Of a stretch of 61,274 nucleotides of DNA, positions 27,101 through 39,100 are shown in pieces. Positions within the stretch are counted from its first letter, which is position 1, and each line of letters begins with the position of its first letter. A model generated the notes under the pieces. That model was not told the origin of the DNA, made no database searches, and was given only the letters and a program-made list of their open reading frames with translations. The stretch is taken from the NCBI GenBank assembly GCA_048128005.1, contig JBEUKZ010000054.1, positions 1,550,001 to 1,611,274 of the forward strand. The letters are read 5' to 3'. Source of the DNA: Veleropilina oligotropha (Eukaryota). Position numbers and translations under genes: made by a program.

Positions 27101-30100
27101 AGGACCGGACGTGGGATGCATTCGACAACCCGTATGACCGCAGGGCATATGAGAAGATCTGCAGCGAATTTGGGGTGTCTCCCCATACCGACTGGCGTGT
27201 CAAGGGTCCCAACGGCGGACTAGGCACCGCTTACAGCTACTGGACGAACAACGGCTACCACCCCATCGGACGTGACTATGATCCAAGCCGAATGTCCTTC
27301 ACCAAAGGTACGACCAACACGAATCTGCACGTGGACTACATCGCGCAAGCGCCTGCGCTTAAAAACGGTTGGGCTACTTTTATTCTGGACAGGTCGGTGG
27401 GATTCACGAGGGCCGGCGTGGAAAGGCTCAATGATTCCATCAGGACCTACGTCTGGGCTATTCTTGGAGCGCAGGCTCAAACGCGTGCAAGTATTCTGGG
27501 TAGTGGGACGGCGTTTGACGCACAGAAACAGTTCCTGGCGAACGTGGAAGACGCCATCGCATCCCCCGTTGACCTCCCAGCAGCCATCAAACGGTACCAA
27601 GAGGTGCTCCAGTATGCGAGGTCCAAAGTGGACTTCGTATTCGGCGTTGGCCTGTACATGGCGCCAAGTAACATGCTTCTACGGATCGGGCAGGTGGCTG
27701 GTTATAACAATGAGATCGTCGTCGCCACGGAAGACCAGACACTCGGTCTTAATACTACGGTGAACGCGGCCAATCCTGTGCCGCCCAACGCCACTGGGGA
27801 TACTGGAGAAACAGGACTGGTTATTCCACAAGACGCAGATGCAAGCATACCGGTAGTTACTCCGAAGCATCCAAGCTCTCTGCCAGCTGTGGCCTCAGTG
27901 GCGGCTGTTCCAGCGGCACATGACGAGGAGAAAACCGCACTTATCGTGGGCGGCATTGTCGTTGGCCTAGCGTTCATTTGGCTTACGTGACCCACTGTCT
28001 AGCGGCAATAAGAAGCAAGCCCCCAACTGATATGACCAGTGCCCATAGGTTTTCAGCGAGCCACGATGCTGTCTTGCCAATCAGGTTGATTAGCCAGGAG
28101 ACCAGGCTTCCAAGTATTCCTGGGAGCACGGCTGCGGCCTTCCCTGCTAGCTTGCCCAGAATCCGACCCAGGGTCTTCAGCTGCTTTTTTACCCACTCCT
28201 TGACCCCGCCCTGACCACTGGGAGGTGGTGGTGGCGTTGGCGGGCTTGTTGCTCCACCTGTCAGGGCTAGTACCAAAGTCGAGATGGCGAGCCCGATAGC
28301 GGTGAGTATTGTTGCAATCGTGACCCCTTGCTCGCGGAACAGGGTCCGGATACGCTCGGCCAGCGTTGTGTCGGTGTTCAGGATCCGACTTATCATCTCT
28401 CGGATCCGGCTGATTTGAGAGCGAAGGGCCTCCCGGCTTGATGATGCTGCCTCTAGGCGAGCTGCTCTTTCATCATTCAGGTCGCGCAGACGTTCCGCGA
28501 TCCGTCGACGGATGAACTCATCCACACCGCCCTCTTCATCTGCCTGATCGAGCTTCATCTTCTCCAGCTCTATGTGTTCGTCCAGCGCCGTTAGTTTGGC
28601 TAGATTGTTGGTTAGTTCGCCTCGGATGGTCTGCATCGCCTTGTCAAGTCCGCGAAGCTCGCGAAGATTTAATGGAGGGTCCCCCATTGTGCCTAAGATC
28701 TCTTCAACCTCGGTATCAGTGAATTTCGTCTCCATCGTGTGGATTGCTACCGAGACATCAGTAGCAGTCTGCCCCAAGTCCCGCAGTTCTACGTTTTCGA
28801 CATTAGCGGCCGCACCGCTCAACTCGTTGTCGGCTGTCTGAAGAGCTGCAACCGCTTTTGAGGACGGCTTTTGTCGTCCCCGCGTCCAGTGTACAAAACC
28901 CAACCCTTCACGGATTGCATCACCCCCACCAGGCCGGCCAGCTATTGTTGACAACGCCAAGGGGTTGCCGGTGCGAGAATTTATGAGATTGATGTCGGGG
29001 TAGTCCGTCATCACCAATTTCCCCCCCCTCCCCAATTTTCCCCTCACATACTTGAATTTTGAATAATCTCGCCCCGTGGCTGGGGTCTGCCCCTCCTGTG
29101 CCAGGGCTTTGTAGTAGTCGTCAACCACGCCCTGAACGAGCTCTTGCTGAAGACTGCTGGTTCCTTCCTGTGGCCGTTCCGAAAGAACAGGCATAAACCG
29201 GTCGGTGGATAGATCCACATCAGTATCGTCGATGATGGTATCATCGTTGTCGATGAGATCGTCCGGCTCGAATGCGGGGTTCTCGAATTCCGCCATTTGA
29301 ATACATCAGTGGGATACGCATCTAATTCAGCCATGACTAGCGTATACGGACGCAAGCTTAATCCATACCGCAGGCTGCGTGAGCCCCTCGCAGTCAAGGG
29401 CATCCGCCAGTCGGTCACGATTACAAACAATCCATCAACGATTGCCCCGAACCAGCAGCTCCTGGTTCGGTTCCCTAATCTCGGGGCGAATGACGTGATC
29501 GTTCCAGGGACTGCCCACCTCGCATTTACCATCTCTCTGACCTCGGTAAATGCGAATAGGACTGTAGTGCAAAATATCGGCCGTGCCGTGATCAGAAAGA
29601 CCACGATAAAGATAAGTGGAAACGAGATCATGTCGATTGACGACTCCGACGTGTACCACTGCTACCGCGATCTCTGGAAGACCACCGGGGAGCGCAAGAA
29701 CGCCCAGTACCAGGGGATTGATACCAGCGATGGACACAACACTACGAAGCATCGTGTTGGCGCGGCAGACGCCTTTAGACTGTCTGAGGATGTCGCGGTC
29801 GCGGCCGCGTACGGTAACCGATTCCGCATCCTGCTGGATTTCGAGCTGTTGGAAAGTCACATGCCATTCTATCAAAGCGCCCTTGGAGACCGTCTCGAGT
29901 ATGAGCTAACGTTCAACGACTACTCCCGGACTATCCGGGAGACGGACGACTCCGGTTCCAGCTATTCCATCGACAATATATCCCTCGAATATGACATGGT
30001 AACCCAATCCGAGCTTGCCAGACGGATTCGAAATCAATACCAGGGTCAACTCGTAATCCTGTACGACCGTGTTCTCCGGCATCGGAAGCTCACCCTAGAC

Positions 30101-33100
30101 AAGAGCGACTCGTTGTGGAATATGAATGTGAACGTACCGGCGAGGTCGATGAAAGGAATACTACTGTTGTTCGAGGACCCTGCGAGAGACGCCGCGCCAT
30201 TCTCTCGCGATACTGAGGCCTTCTATAATCCGAAGATCACAAAGGTCGAGGTCACAATCGAGGGTGTCCCGAATCAAATCTACAGCCAGGGAATGCGAAC
30301 ATACCAGATCTGGGAAGAAGCCAAGAAAATGTTCGCCTCCGGCTGCAGCAAGCGGCATCCTGAGGTCGCGATGGTCGCAAAGGACTTGGAGATGGCAGAC
30401 GTCACCCTGGGCGAATTTCTGACTAAGAAATTTGCGCTCTGGATCGATATGCGGGTAACTGACGACGATCAGTTGCACGGGTCAGGCCGGAGGGTCGAGA
30501 ACGCCAGCGAAGGCATTACTATTCAGATCACTAAAACAGCCGAAGCGGCCGGTCCACTGAACGTCTACGAGTTCGTGATCATGGACGCACAGCTGAATAT
30601 CGAGAATGGCCGATTCGTCGAAGCACTGTACTAAACGATTTCCGCACACCAAGGACCCCCACTCCGCAATCATCTGCGGCCAGACCGGTTGTGGGAAGAC
30701 GGTTTTCATGCTTGAACTGCTGGAAGGGGAGTATCGAGGCGTCTTCCGGCATATCGTGATCCTCTGCCCCACGATCAAGTACAACAAAGCATACCAGTCT
30801 TGTCCGTGGATCTGGACCGACCCTGAGGTGTATTTAGTCCCCCCGGGTGAGCGACTCCATGACTGGCTGCGGGGGTTCTACCGGCTGTTTCAGGGGGAGT
30901 CGACTCTGTACATAATCGACGACTGCGCCGCCAGCAAGGCTATGGCAAAGAAACGGGACATGCTGACTTTGTTGGCCTTCAGCGGCAGGCATGCTTCCCA
31001 GAGCGTATGGGTAGTGACGCAAAAGTACAACTCGGTCTTGAAGGAGCTCAGAGAGCAGACCCGCTGGGTCGCGCTGTTCCATTGCAAGGACCGCGACAGT
31101 TTCGAGGACTGTCTGCGCGAGAACGATGTAATCCCGTCGCAGGATGAACGGACCGCGGTTCGTCGGCTGTTGTCCGAGACACGACACGCTAAGCTTCTGT
31201 TGAAAACTGATCAGCCCGTTGCTTATAGTGTGCTTTAGCAGCTACTTGGCTAGCCCTAACATCTACTTAGCAGCTACTTAGCTAGCTAGGCATGTCGGAC
31301 GCGGTATACATAGCTTTTGCTTTCAGCCAGGGCCTGATCTTGTTGCTACTCGTAACGTTGTGGTATTGGCATTATCGCTATATTAGACTGGCGAGGAGAT
31401 GTTGGAAACGCTTAAGGATGGACAGCCTCATCGATCAACTCATGGATGACGAGGAAGAAATGACCGTGAGCAGCAGCTCACCCCGCTCGACGACCAAACG
31501 CTGCTCGCAGCACGAGGAACCTGAAACTGGCTCCATAGGGATGGCAAAGAAACGGGAGAGGCTTGCAGCATTAGCCGTTGGAGGACAGGCCCACAGATAC
31601 ATGGGGCGTAACCTCACAGTGGACCGAATCGACGATATGACTGACGACGAGGTTGAGAAACACCACGCACGGTATGAAGCGAAGCTAGGTGCTGACATGA
31701 CGAAGACCCTCGGGGCCGCTGCTATACAGCTGTATGCGGGTGCAGCTGGGATGTTCCTGCCCATTCCACCAGCAAACCAGCTACGACTGATCGCCGACCT
31801 GGAGGCCGACCCGTTCATCTCACATGCCCTGACCACTGCAAGCTGTGAGCTGTATTATAAATATGGCATGTACCTCGCACCGCTGACCGCAGCGTTGACC
31901 ACGGCTAAGCACTGCCAATTTGGACATGTTTGCCCGCCTAAGATACCAGATCAAGATGACAACGCCGGAAGTGGACCAAGTGATCGAGAGACAGCCGATC
32001 GAGAGCCAGCCGATAGAGAGGGTGACTTCTTCGACGGACTCATCAGTGAGTAAAAAGGACCCGAAAAAAGTGGCTGCAGGTCGGGCCGGCGCTGCTGCTC
32101 GAAAAGCCAAGCAGGAGAAGCTACTGGCCGCGGTTCGAAAAATGAAAGAAGACCTGAGTGCCCCAACAAGTGTTGTCGTTCCATCAGAACAGCCCGGGGA
32201 GGCGGTTCCAGCCGCAGAAAGACCGTGTGCGCCAGATACACGGAAATCGGACCCATTTAATTGGACCCAGGTAGCCGTCGCTGCCGGTACGGTTGCGTTG
32301 GTATTTGTTGTCTGGAAGACGTCCTCAGAACGCAGCAACCCTGGTCCATCCACACCACATCAACAGCCACCAGACGCGGACGCTCGGTGCTCTCGGGCCG
32401 CCCCCACTATCGAATTGAAGAAGCAGAACCCTTTTCATATGCAATAGTCGCAAACGGTACTAATCAACAGTTATGACTACCCCAATCACTGATGGAAAGA
32501 TGCTCGGCAACGCTGTATACCACGCCGCTATAGTGTCAGGCCTCGCCATAGGCTACGCACGCCTGACAAAGATGGTATTCAAGGGAGCGAGCCCCAAACT
32601 GGACTTCACGGGGTACGATGTCGGGATGGTCGTCCTCGACGTATCGCTCGCCATGGCGACGAAAGACATGCTGATCAAGCAAGGCATCATTCCGGCCGAT
32701 ATATTGAAGTAGTGGGACCTTGCTAGATAATCGCAGCATTTCAATGGCTTCCATTGCGATGCTGGTTGGGGGCGCTCTCGTCAACGCCCTCGCCTTCAGC
32801 GGCTCCAACTTCCTCTTCTCGAAGCTACGCAGCTCCGGTGTCGATGCGGAGCGTAAACGCCACGACATTGCTGTAGAACAGCTCAACGCTGCTCAGACTA
32901 AATGGTCACAACAGAGGGCAGAGCGTCTCGACTGGCTGAACGTTGAACTTCGCCGCCAGGGTCATGCCGTTGGCACATTCCGGGATGTTGACGCCGCGAT
33001 CCGTGAGTATGCATTGATCACCGGCAAGAACCTTGACCCCGACCTGGGGGGTGGCCCTGAGCCCGCCCTGTCTGACTACTACACACCGAGCGATGGCCAG

Positions 33101-36100
33101 AAGGGACGTGAGATCACCTTCATCATCCTGGGGATGGCTGCGACCGGGTTGGTCGCCTACAAGCTCGCCTAATTATTTCCAGTGGACATTTTTTTCGTTG
33201 GCATGTATAGTAATGGGGCTCCCAGAAGAGCTGTACTGCGCTATGCTTGCGGTCGGCTATAGTACTACGTTACTCGACTGCTGGCGCCGCGACGAAAAGA
33301 CTATGGTGCGGTTCGCGGTCCTGGTGCTCTCGGGCCCGACCAACCTACGGGCGACCACTGCGCAGCGACCGGCTCCGGAAGCTGAAGCCTGTTGGAGACT
33401 GATCAGTTTACTGGAATACATTGCTGATGGATAGTAAGCTTGCGAGGATGTACTACAGCCCTAAGGGCTACTGGAAAGGCATTGCCGCGATAAAGAAACT
33501 AGCTGACGCTGCCAAGGCGTCTGAAGTGGAGGCCCGGACATGGCTTAAGAGGCAGGCTATATGGCAGATCTATTTACCTGCGCCACGGCGGATTCCAAGA
33601 CCAAAATTCGACGTCGTAACGCCAAACGAGGTTCACCAAGCCGACCTCCTGTTTCTCCCCCATGACAAGGTCAGACACAAGACCTATAAGTACGCTTTGA
33701 CTGTGGTTGATGTGGCCAGTCGCTTTAAAGAGGCTGAGCCTCTGGTCACAAAAGAGGCCAAAGGGGTTGCTGAAGCTCTGTCTCGAATCTACAGGCGGAG
33801 TCCTCTTGGCTGGCCGAAACTGCTTCAAGTCGATCCAGGGCGAGAGTTTATGGGCGCGGTTTCCCAGCTGCTGGCAAAGAATAACGTCGAGGTTAGGCGT
33901 GGCCGTGTGGATATCCATCGCGATCAGGGCATTGTGGAGCGCTTCAACCGGACGCTCGCTGAGCGGCTCTTCGGGCACCAGTATGCAACAGAGATGCGGT
34001 TTGCAGAGTCTGCGAAAGAGGGTCAAAGGTCAACTGAGTGGGTCGCCAGGCTAGCAGCTGTAGTTGCGGCCTTGAATGGGGAAGTGACCAGGCTGACCGG
34101 TAAAAAGCCCAAGGACGCCATCAAGGCACCTCGCGTTGCCCAAAAGCCAGGCGCCACTGTTCCAGGCCGACAGGGGAAGGAACAGAAACTCCCCTCTGAC
34201 GTAGATGTTCGCTACCTTTACTACGATGGTGAGCTGGAGGGGGGTCATCGCCGTGCTACTGACCCGGTGTGGTCTCTAAAAGTTTACAGGCTTGGACGCT
34301 CCGTCACTAAGCCTGACGAGCCTGTGCTCTACTACTTGCTGGATGGACCACCGCGTGGCTTCGTTCGTGAGGAACTTCTCGTGGTGCCTCGTGATACCCA
34401 GCTGCCGCCGGTTCTCAGGCGTTAACAACCGCAAATCCTCGTTTCCGGTTACATTCCAGACACGTTAAGCGCACGTTGTCGCGGATGTGGCCCCTGCTGT
34501 TGTCCACACGGTCGACACTGAACTGCTGTGTGTCCTTCGGGGAATATGCCCAGAGCAGCTCTATGTTGCATGCTGCGCAGCGGTTGTTTTGGGCCTCTCT
34601 GAGCCGCAGGATGTCGTCGACCTTGAGGTTAAACCCCGGGAGTCCCGTTGCCTGGTCCTGGCGTTTGTACGCCACAAGCTTTTTCTGGATGGTCTTTCGG
34701 AGCTGTTGCTCGGTTTGGGGCGCTTGGGGGGGCCTGTCCTCAGAACCCTCATCCGGTGGACAGGTTACCCGTTCGAGCTGATGCAGCAGCTCCACCCGGG
34801 ACACGGCTAGGTAGGCGAGATTACTCCACTGAAGGTAGTCGTCGATGATCCAGACTTTCTGTGGGTCGTGAATCGTAAGACCCTGGCTCGAATGGATGGT
34901 CAGGGCATAGCCCAGGCGCCAATCCGGGGTCAGGATAGCCCGCTCAGCGGCCTCAATGGTGACCTCGACGACGTCGTTCAGAACTAGCTCCTCTCTGTCG
35001 CTGGTGCCCGGAATGGTTACCATGATGTTCTGTTTTCTGCTGTCCCTGGGGTGGTACAGGATAGGCACCATGGAGTCTGGGAAGTGCTCCTTGTGCCTCT
35101 GGAGCAACAGCTCTTGAGCCCGTTCGCGGACCTTCTGACGGCTTGTGAGGATTAGGTCGCCTGGCTTCCAGGTGTTGACGAACCGGTCCCATCCGAGGCA
35201 GCTGGGGAGGGTCCGTCGCATCTCGTCGCACTGGACTTTGTCGGGCTGGAGACGGATACGTCTTTTCAGGGCTTGGAGGGCAGGGTCGTCTTTCGCCCTG
35301 TAGTCTACTTCGATCTCTTCATAGTAGTCCGCGGTCTTTCGCAGCCAATCGTGCGGCATCTCGCCCGTAATCGGTGGTGGCTGGCCTTGATCACCACAGC
35401 AGATAACCTGCACTTCGTGGCGGCCCAGCCAGTCCAAGAACATCTCTAGGATGTGCCGGGGAACAGTACAGACCTCGTCCCAGATAATGACGCGCGGGAT
35501 GAACTTCTGACCCATGCGATCAGGCGTCCAGTCGTTCTGGCCGCTCCATCGGAAGAAGCTGTGGTAGGTCTGGGCTTTGACGCCTCTGGTCCGCATCTCT
35601 TTAGCGAGGCGGTGGGTTGGTGTGAACACGACGGGATTCCTTGCCCGGAAGAGCTCGATCGCTCTCGTAGTCTTGCCACAGCCCCCTCCACCGTTGAGGT
35701 AACTCAGGCGATGGTGGGTCAGTGTGTCATTGTAGCATGGCGCGGTGCTCGGCTGGCTGGAATTGGCGGCACAACAATACTCTGGCTTGGGTAGGTATGC
35801 GGCATGTTCCTGTGGCATATACAGCTGTTCGCCCTTGTCACGCCACTGGGCTGGTGCTACTGGCGGAAGGTACGGCTCCGCGATCAGACATGAGATGCAC
35901 GATTTCTCGCCACAGCCGCAGAGTCTGGGGGCAACGTACACCGTGACATCGTCGAGCTTCTCCAACGAGGCCTTCTTGAGGTAGATGCTGTCCGTGGCTA
36001 CCCGGACGGCTTCTGCTGCACTGAAACGCTTCAGCATGCTCAAGAGGTTTATGTGTGCATAGGCCAACATGGATGCCCTCAGGTGGGCGTACTGAGGCTG

Positions 36101-39100
36101 GGAGCCATCATAGTACGTGAGGATGTGACCGAGGGGGCATCTCTGAGGAGCGCCAACCAGGGTGCCGCTTTGGCGGGTGTCTCTTACGAGGAAGTCGAGC
36201 TCACCCTGGTCGGTCACCAGTCTACGAGTCAATCTTTTGCCATCGGCTTTGGCGCCTTGGGTGAATTTGCCGATAATGCTGCAGCCCTGGTCACGATTCT
36301 CCGGAAGCCAGACATCGGTCTGGTTTTTGAACGCGATGATGGCCTCTCGGATCTTGAGGCTTTTTAGCAGTCCAGAGTCTACGAGGAAGGCGAGCAGCGG
36401 GGTGGGTGCCCATCCATTCTCTGCAAAGTGCTTTCCGAACCATGCTACAATGACGGGGTGGATGTCTTGTGCGAACTCCCATTCCACGACCTCAGCAAAC
36501 CCGGTCCCGATATCTTGGGGTAGAGGACCGTTAATTGCGACCCGGGTCATGCTGTGGAGTGGGTGTCCGAATCTTTCGAAATAGGGCTTAGCCTCGCCCT
36601 TCCCCAGAAAGCTTGCAGGGTAGCAGGATTTCATATCGATGCAGCAGACATCGCCCGTGTCGTAATTCATGGAATTCCACAGGCCGCCGTGGCCATGCTC
36701 TACACAGGCCTTCTGGATGTCATCGAGCAGGCCCGCTGGGGTCGGTTTCCAGCCGTTGGTCTCCTTAGCCATAATGCTAGCTGCATGGTTCACGCCAAAG
36801 GCTCGATCGGCTAGGGACTCGTTTCCCAGCGCTGTACAGGCTTCTTGGAGTATCTCGTGAGTCTCTTTTGTCCTGTACGTGCGGCCGTCCTGAAGCACGA
36901 ACTGGTCCACGCCGAGCTGTCGGTCTTTACCGCCTAGGAGCCAGACAGCCAATGGCTCGTTCTGTGTGGCTTGTCGGATAGCTTCCCAGACATCGCCCTC
37001 ATACAGGTGGACCTCGCGAGACTGCGGGAAGTGTAGGTCCTTCGACCAGGCGTGGCCGTTGTGACAGATGAGTTCTATGGACTTCCACATACTGGCCTGG
37101 TATTTCCCACTGTTGTAGATGTCGGCACCTGCAATGTCTCTCAAGGTGATCGCCCGTTTGAGGATCTTCTCGAGGGTAGCTATATCATCCACAGTGGCGC
37201 CTGTTACATGAACTCGCTCTTCCCACTCCAGTATTTTCTGCCGCCTTGTCGGGGTGAGTCCGTGTCCTCTAAGGGCACCTTCGAAGTGCTCAACCACTCG
37301 TTGGGCAACGCAGTTGAGGTCGCCGTTCTTCATCGGAACCAGGTTGGCGGGGTTTGGTTCTCTGAGAGGATAGACGCCGTAGACGACTGCAGTGACCGGG
37401 TAGGCATTCTCGTAGTAGACCTTGTCGACCCCAGTGATAGCACCCGGCTTAGTGTCCTGAGAGATCTCAAAGACACCCTGGCCCTTCTTCCTCGCAGCTT
37501 TCACCGGGTCAAACTTGTCTTCGACCACCCAGTCACCTTCACCCCACTCACGCAAGAACTTTATTCTAAGGACATACTCGCCCTTTGGAAGGGCTGTGAG
37601 GAGCTGTGCCGCCCTTGCATCTGTCATACGGGCATCCAGGGCCAGCCGTCCAGCCACTTCTACCCTCCATGTGGAGAAAGCCGCCGCGGCGCCATCGACC
37701 TCAAACTCGTCTTTGGCGTCGCTCAAGAGTTCCACCCATGGCTCTTTTGCTGGGAGCCTTACTGGGGGAGGGACCTGGTCATCCAGGTCGATGAATCGTT
37801 GTCCCTCGGGTGTGGTAAATTGCCCTAGAAGATCCTTCTGGTAGTCCTGGGCTGTCCGGGGCGTTTTGGAGATGAGAAGATCGGGCCCCTTCCGAGCAAT
37901 AGCATGGGCAAGGGTCTCTTTCCGAGACCGCTTGACGATTCGATCCGTGATGGCGCGAAGTGGCTTCAGTCGAATCCTGGGATTTTTCTCAGCCTGGGAT
38001 TCGTATTTACGAGCCTGCAGGGCGGCGTCGACCTCGTCCTTAATCTGCCGCAACTCGCGAGCACGTCGGCCTCTTTTGTGGGGGTTCTCCACATCTCCAC
38101 GTATGGAGGGGAACCTTCCCGTTTTCATCGCCCGCTCGAGTCTGCTCCGAAACTCCGCAGCACGGACCCTGGCGATTGCCCTGACGAGGTCGTGCTTCTT
38201 GAGCTTCGACCGAGCGGGAATCCCATAATCTTTCGCTAGATTGCGCAGGTCATCCATGTTGCTGGGGGGGTACACACTAGGATCTTTACTTCTCTAATAT
38301 GAAATTTACGCGTGGTAAATTGCAGCCATGCGGAGAAACTCTCTCTCGAAGGCCCTTTTCTTTCGTTGCCAGTCCATACCGTTCTCACTCTTATACCCAC
38401 AGCCCTTACACAACGTAAGCCGGTTGAAAACGCCCTTCCCGCATTTGCTGCAGGGTTTTGTGCCCCGGCCATTTCGCCGTTGCCGAGCCAGATGGACTTT
38501 GCAATACGTGTTCAGACATCTCTTACCACATAGCTCCGTGGAGCTGATGGTGAGCCATTGACAGGTGTCCGTTCCCCACATCGTATCCTTTGCATTGGAT
38601 ATACCCGTCCGATGGGTATGTCTAAAAGAGAGCCCGGGCCGGCGAGGGTTGTGGGCCGTCCCTACGGGCTCTTACTACATACTACTATATCGGCATGTTA
38701 GACGTTGTGTAGTTATACTTGAAAGCAACATGCCGCAGGAAGACATTCCTACGCTGTACAGCGAACGGAGCTTCAGGCGCGTTAAAAACCTCTTAAACCG
38801 GGGCTATAACGTTTTGATCGTTGTACTCGACAATGGTGAACAAGCGATATATAAGAAGAAGACCAAAGACGGTAGAAAGGGAGTTGCACGAAATCAAACG
38901 CTGGCGGGCCCTCAGTGATGTCCTGTAGCCTTCGCCGGGCTGCTATTTTGCCATTCTAAAAAGTCCAATCACCCCCCTGCTACTGCTCGCATAACTGAGG
39001 AGCCCGGGCCGGCTCGGGGGCCGTCCCTGGGGGCTCTATATAGTCTACGTTGGGTCGGAAAAGGTGCATTCATCCCTACTCTAAGCTACCCTAGGCTCGG

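Noticed and set aside
34476..38239. Many plus-strand and alternate-frame ORFs overlapping the replicase, and similar shadows over the MCP, ATPase and integrase
   Set aside because: Shadow ORFs expected in GC-rich coding DNA; no motifs
34415..38257. Helitron Rep-Hel interpretation of the Pif1-like helicase
   Set aside because: No HUH Rep motifs; PolB motifs, TIRs, TSD and capsid genes indicate a Polinton-like virus
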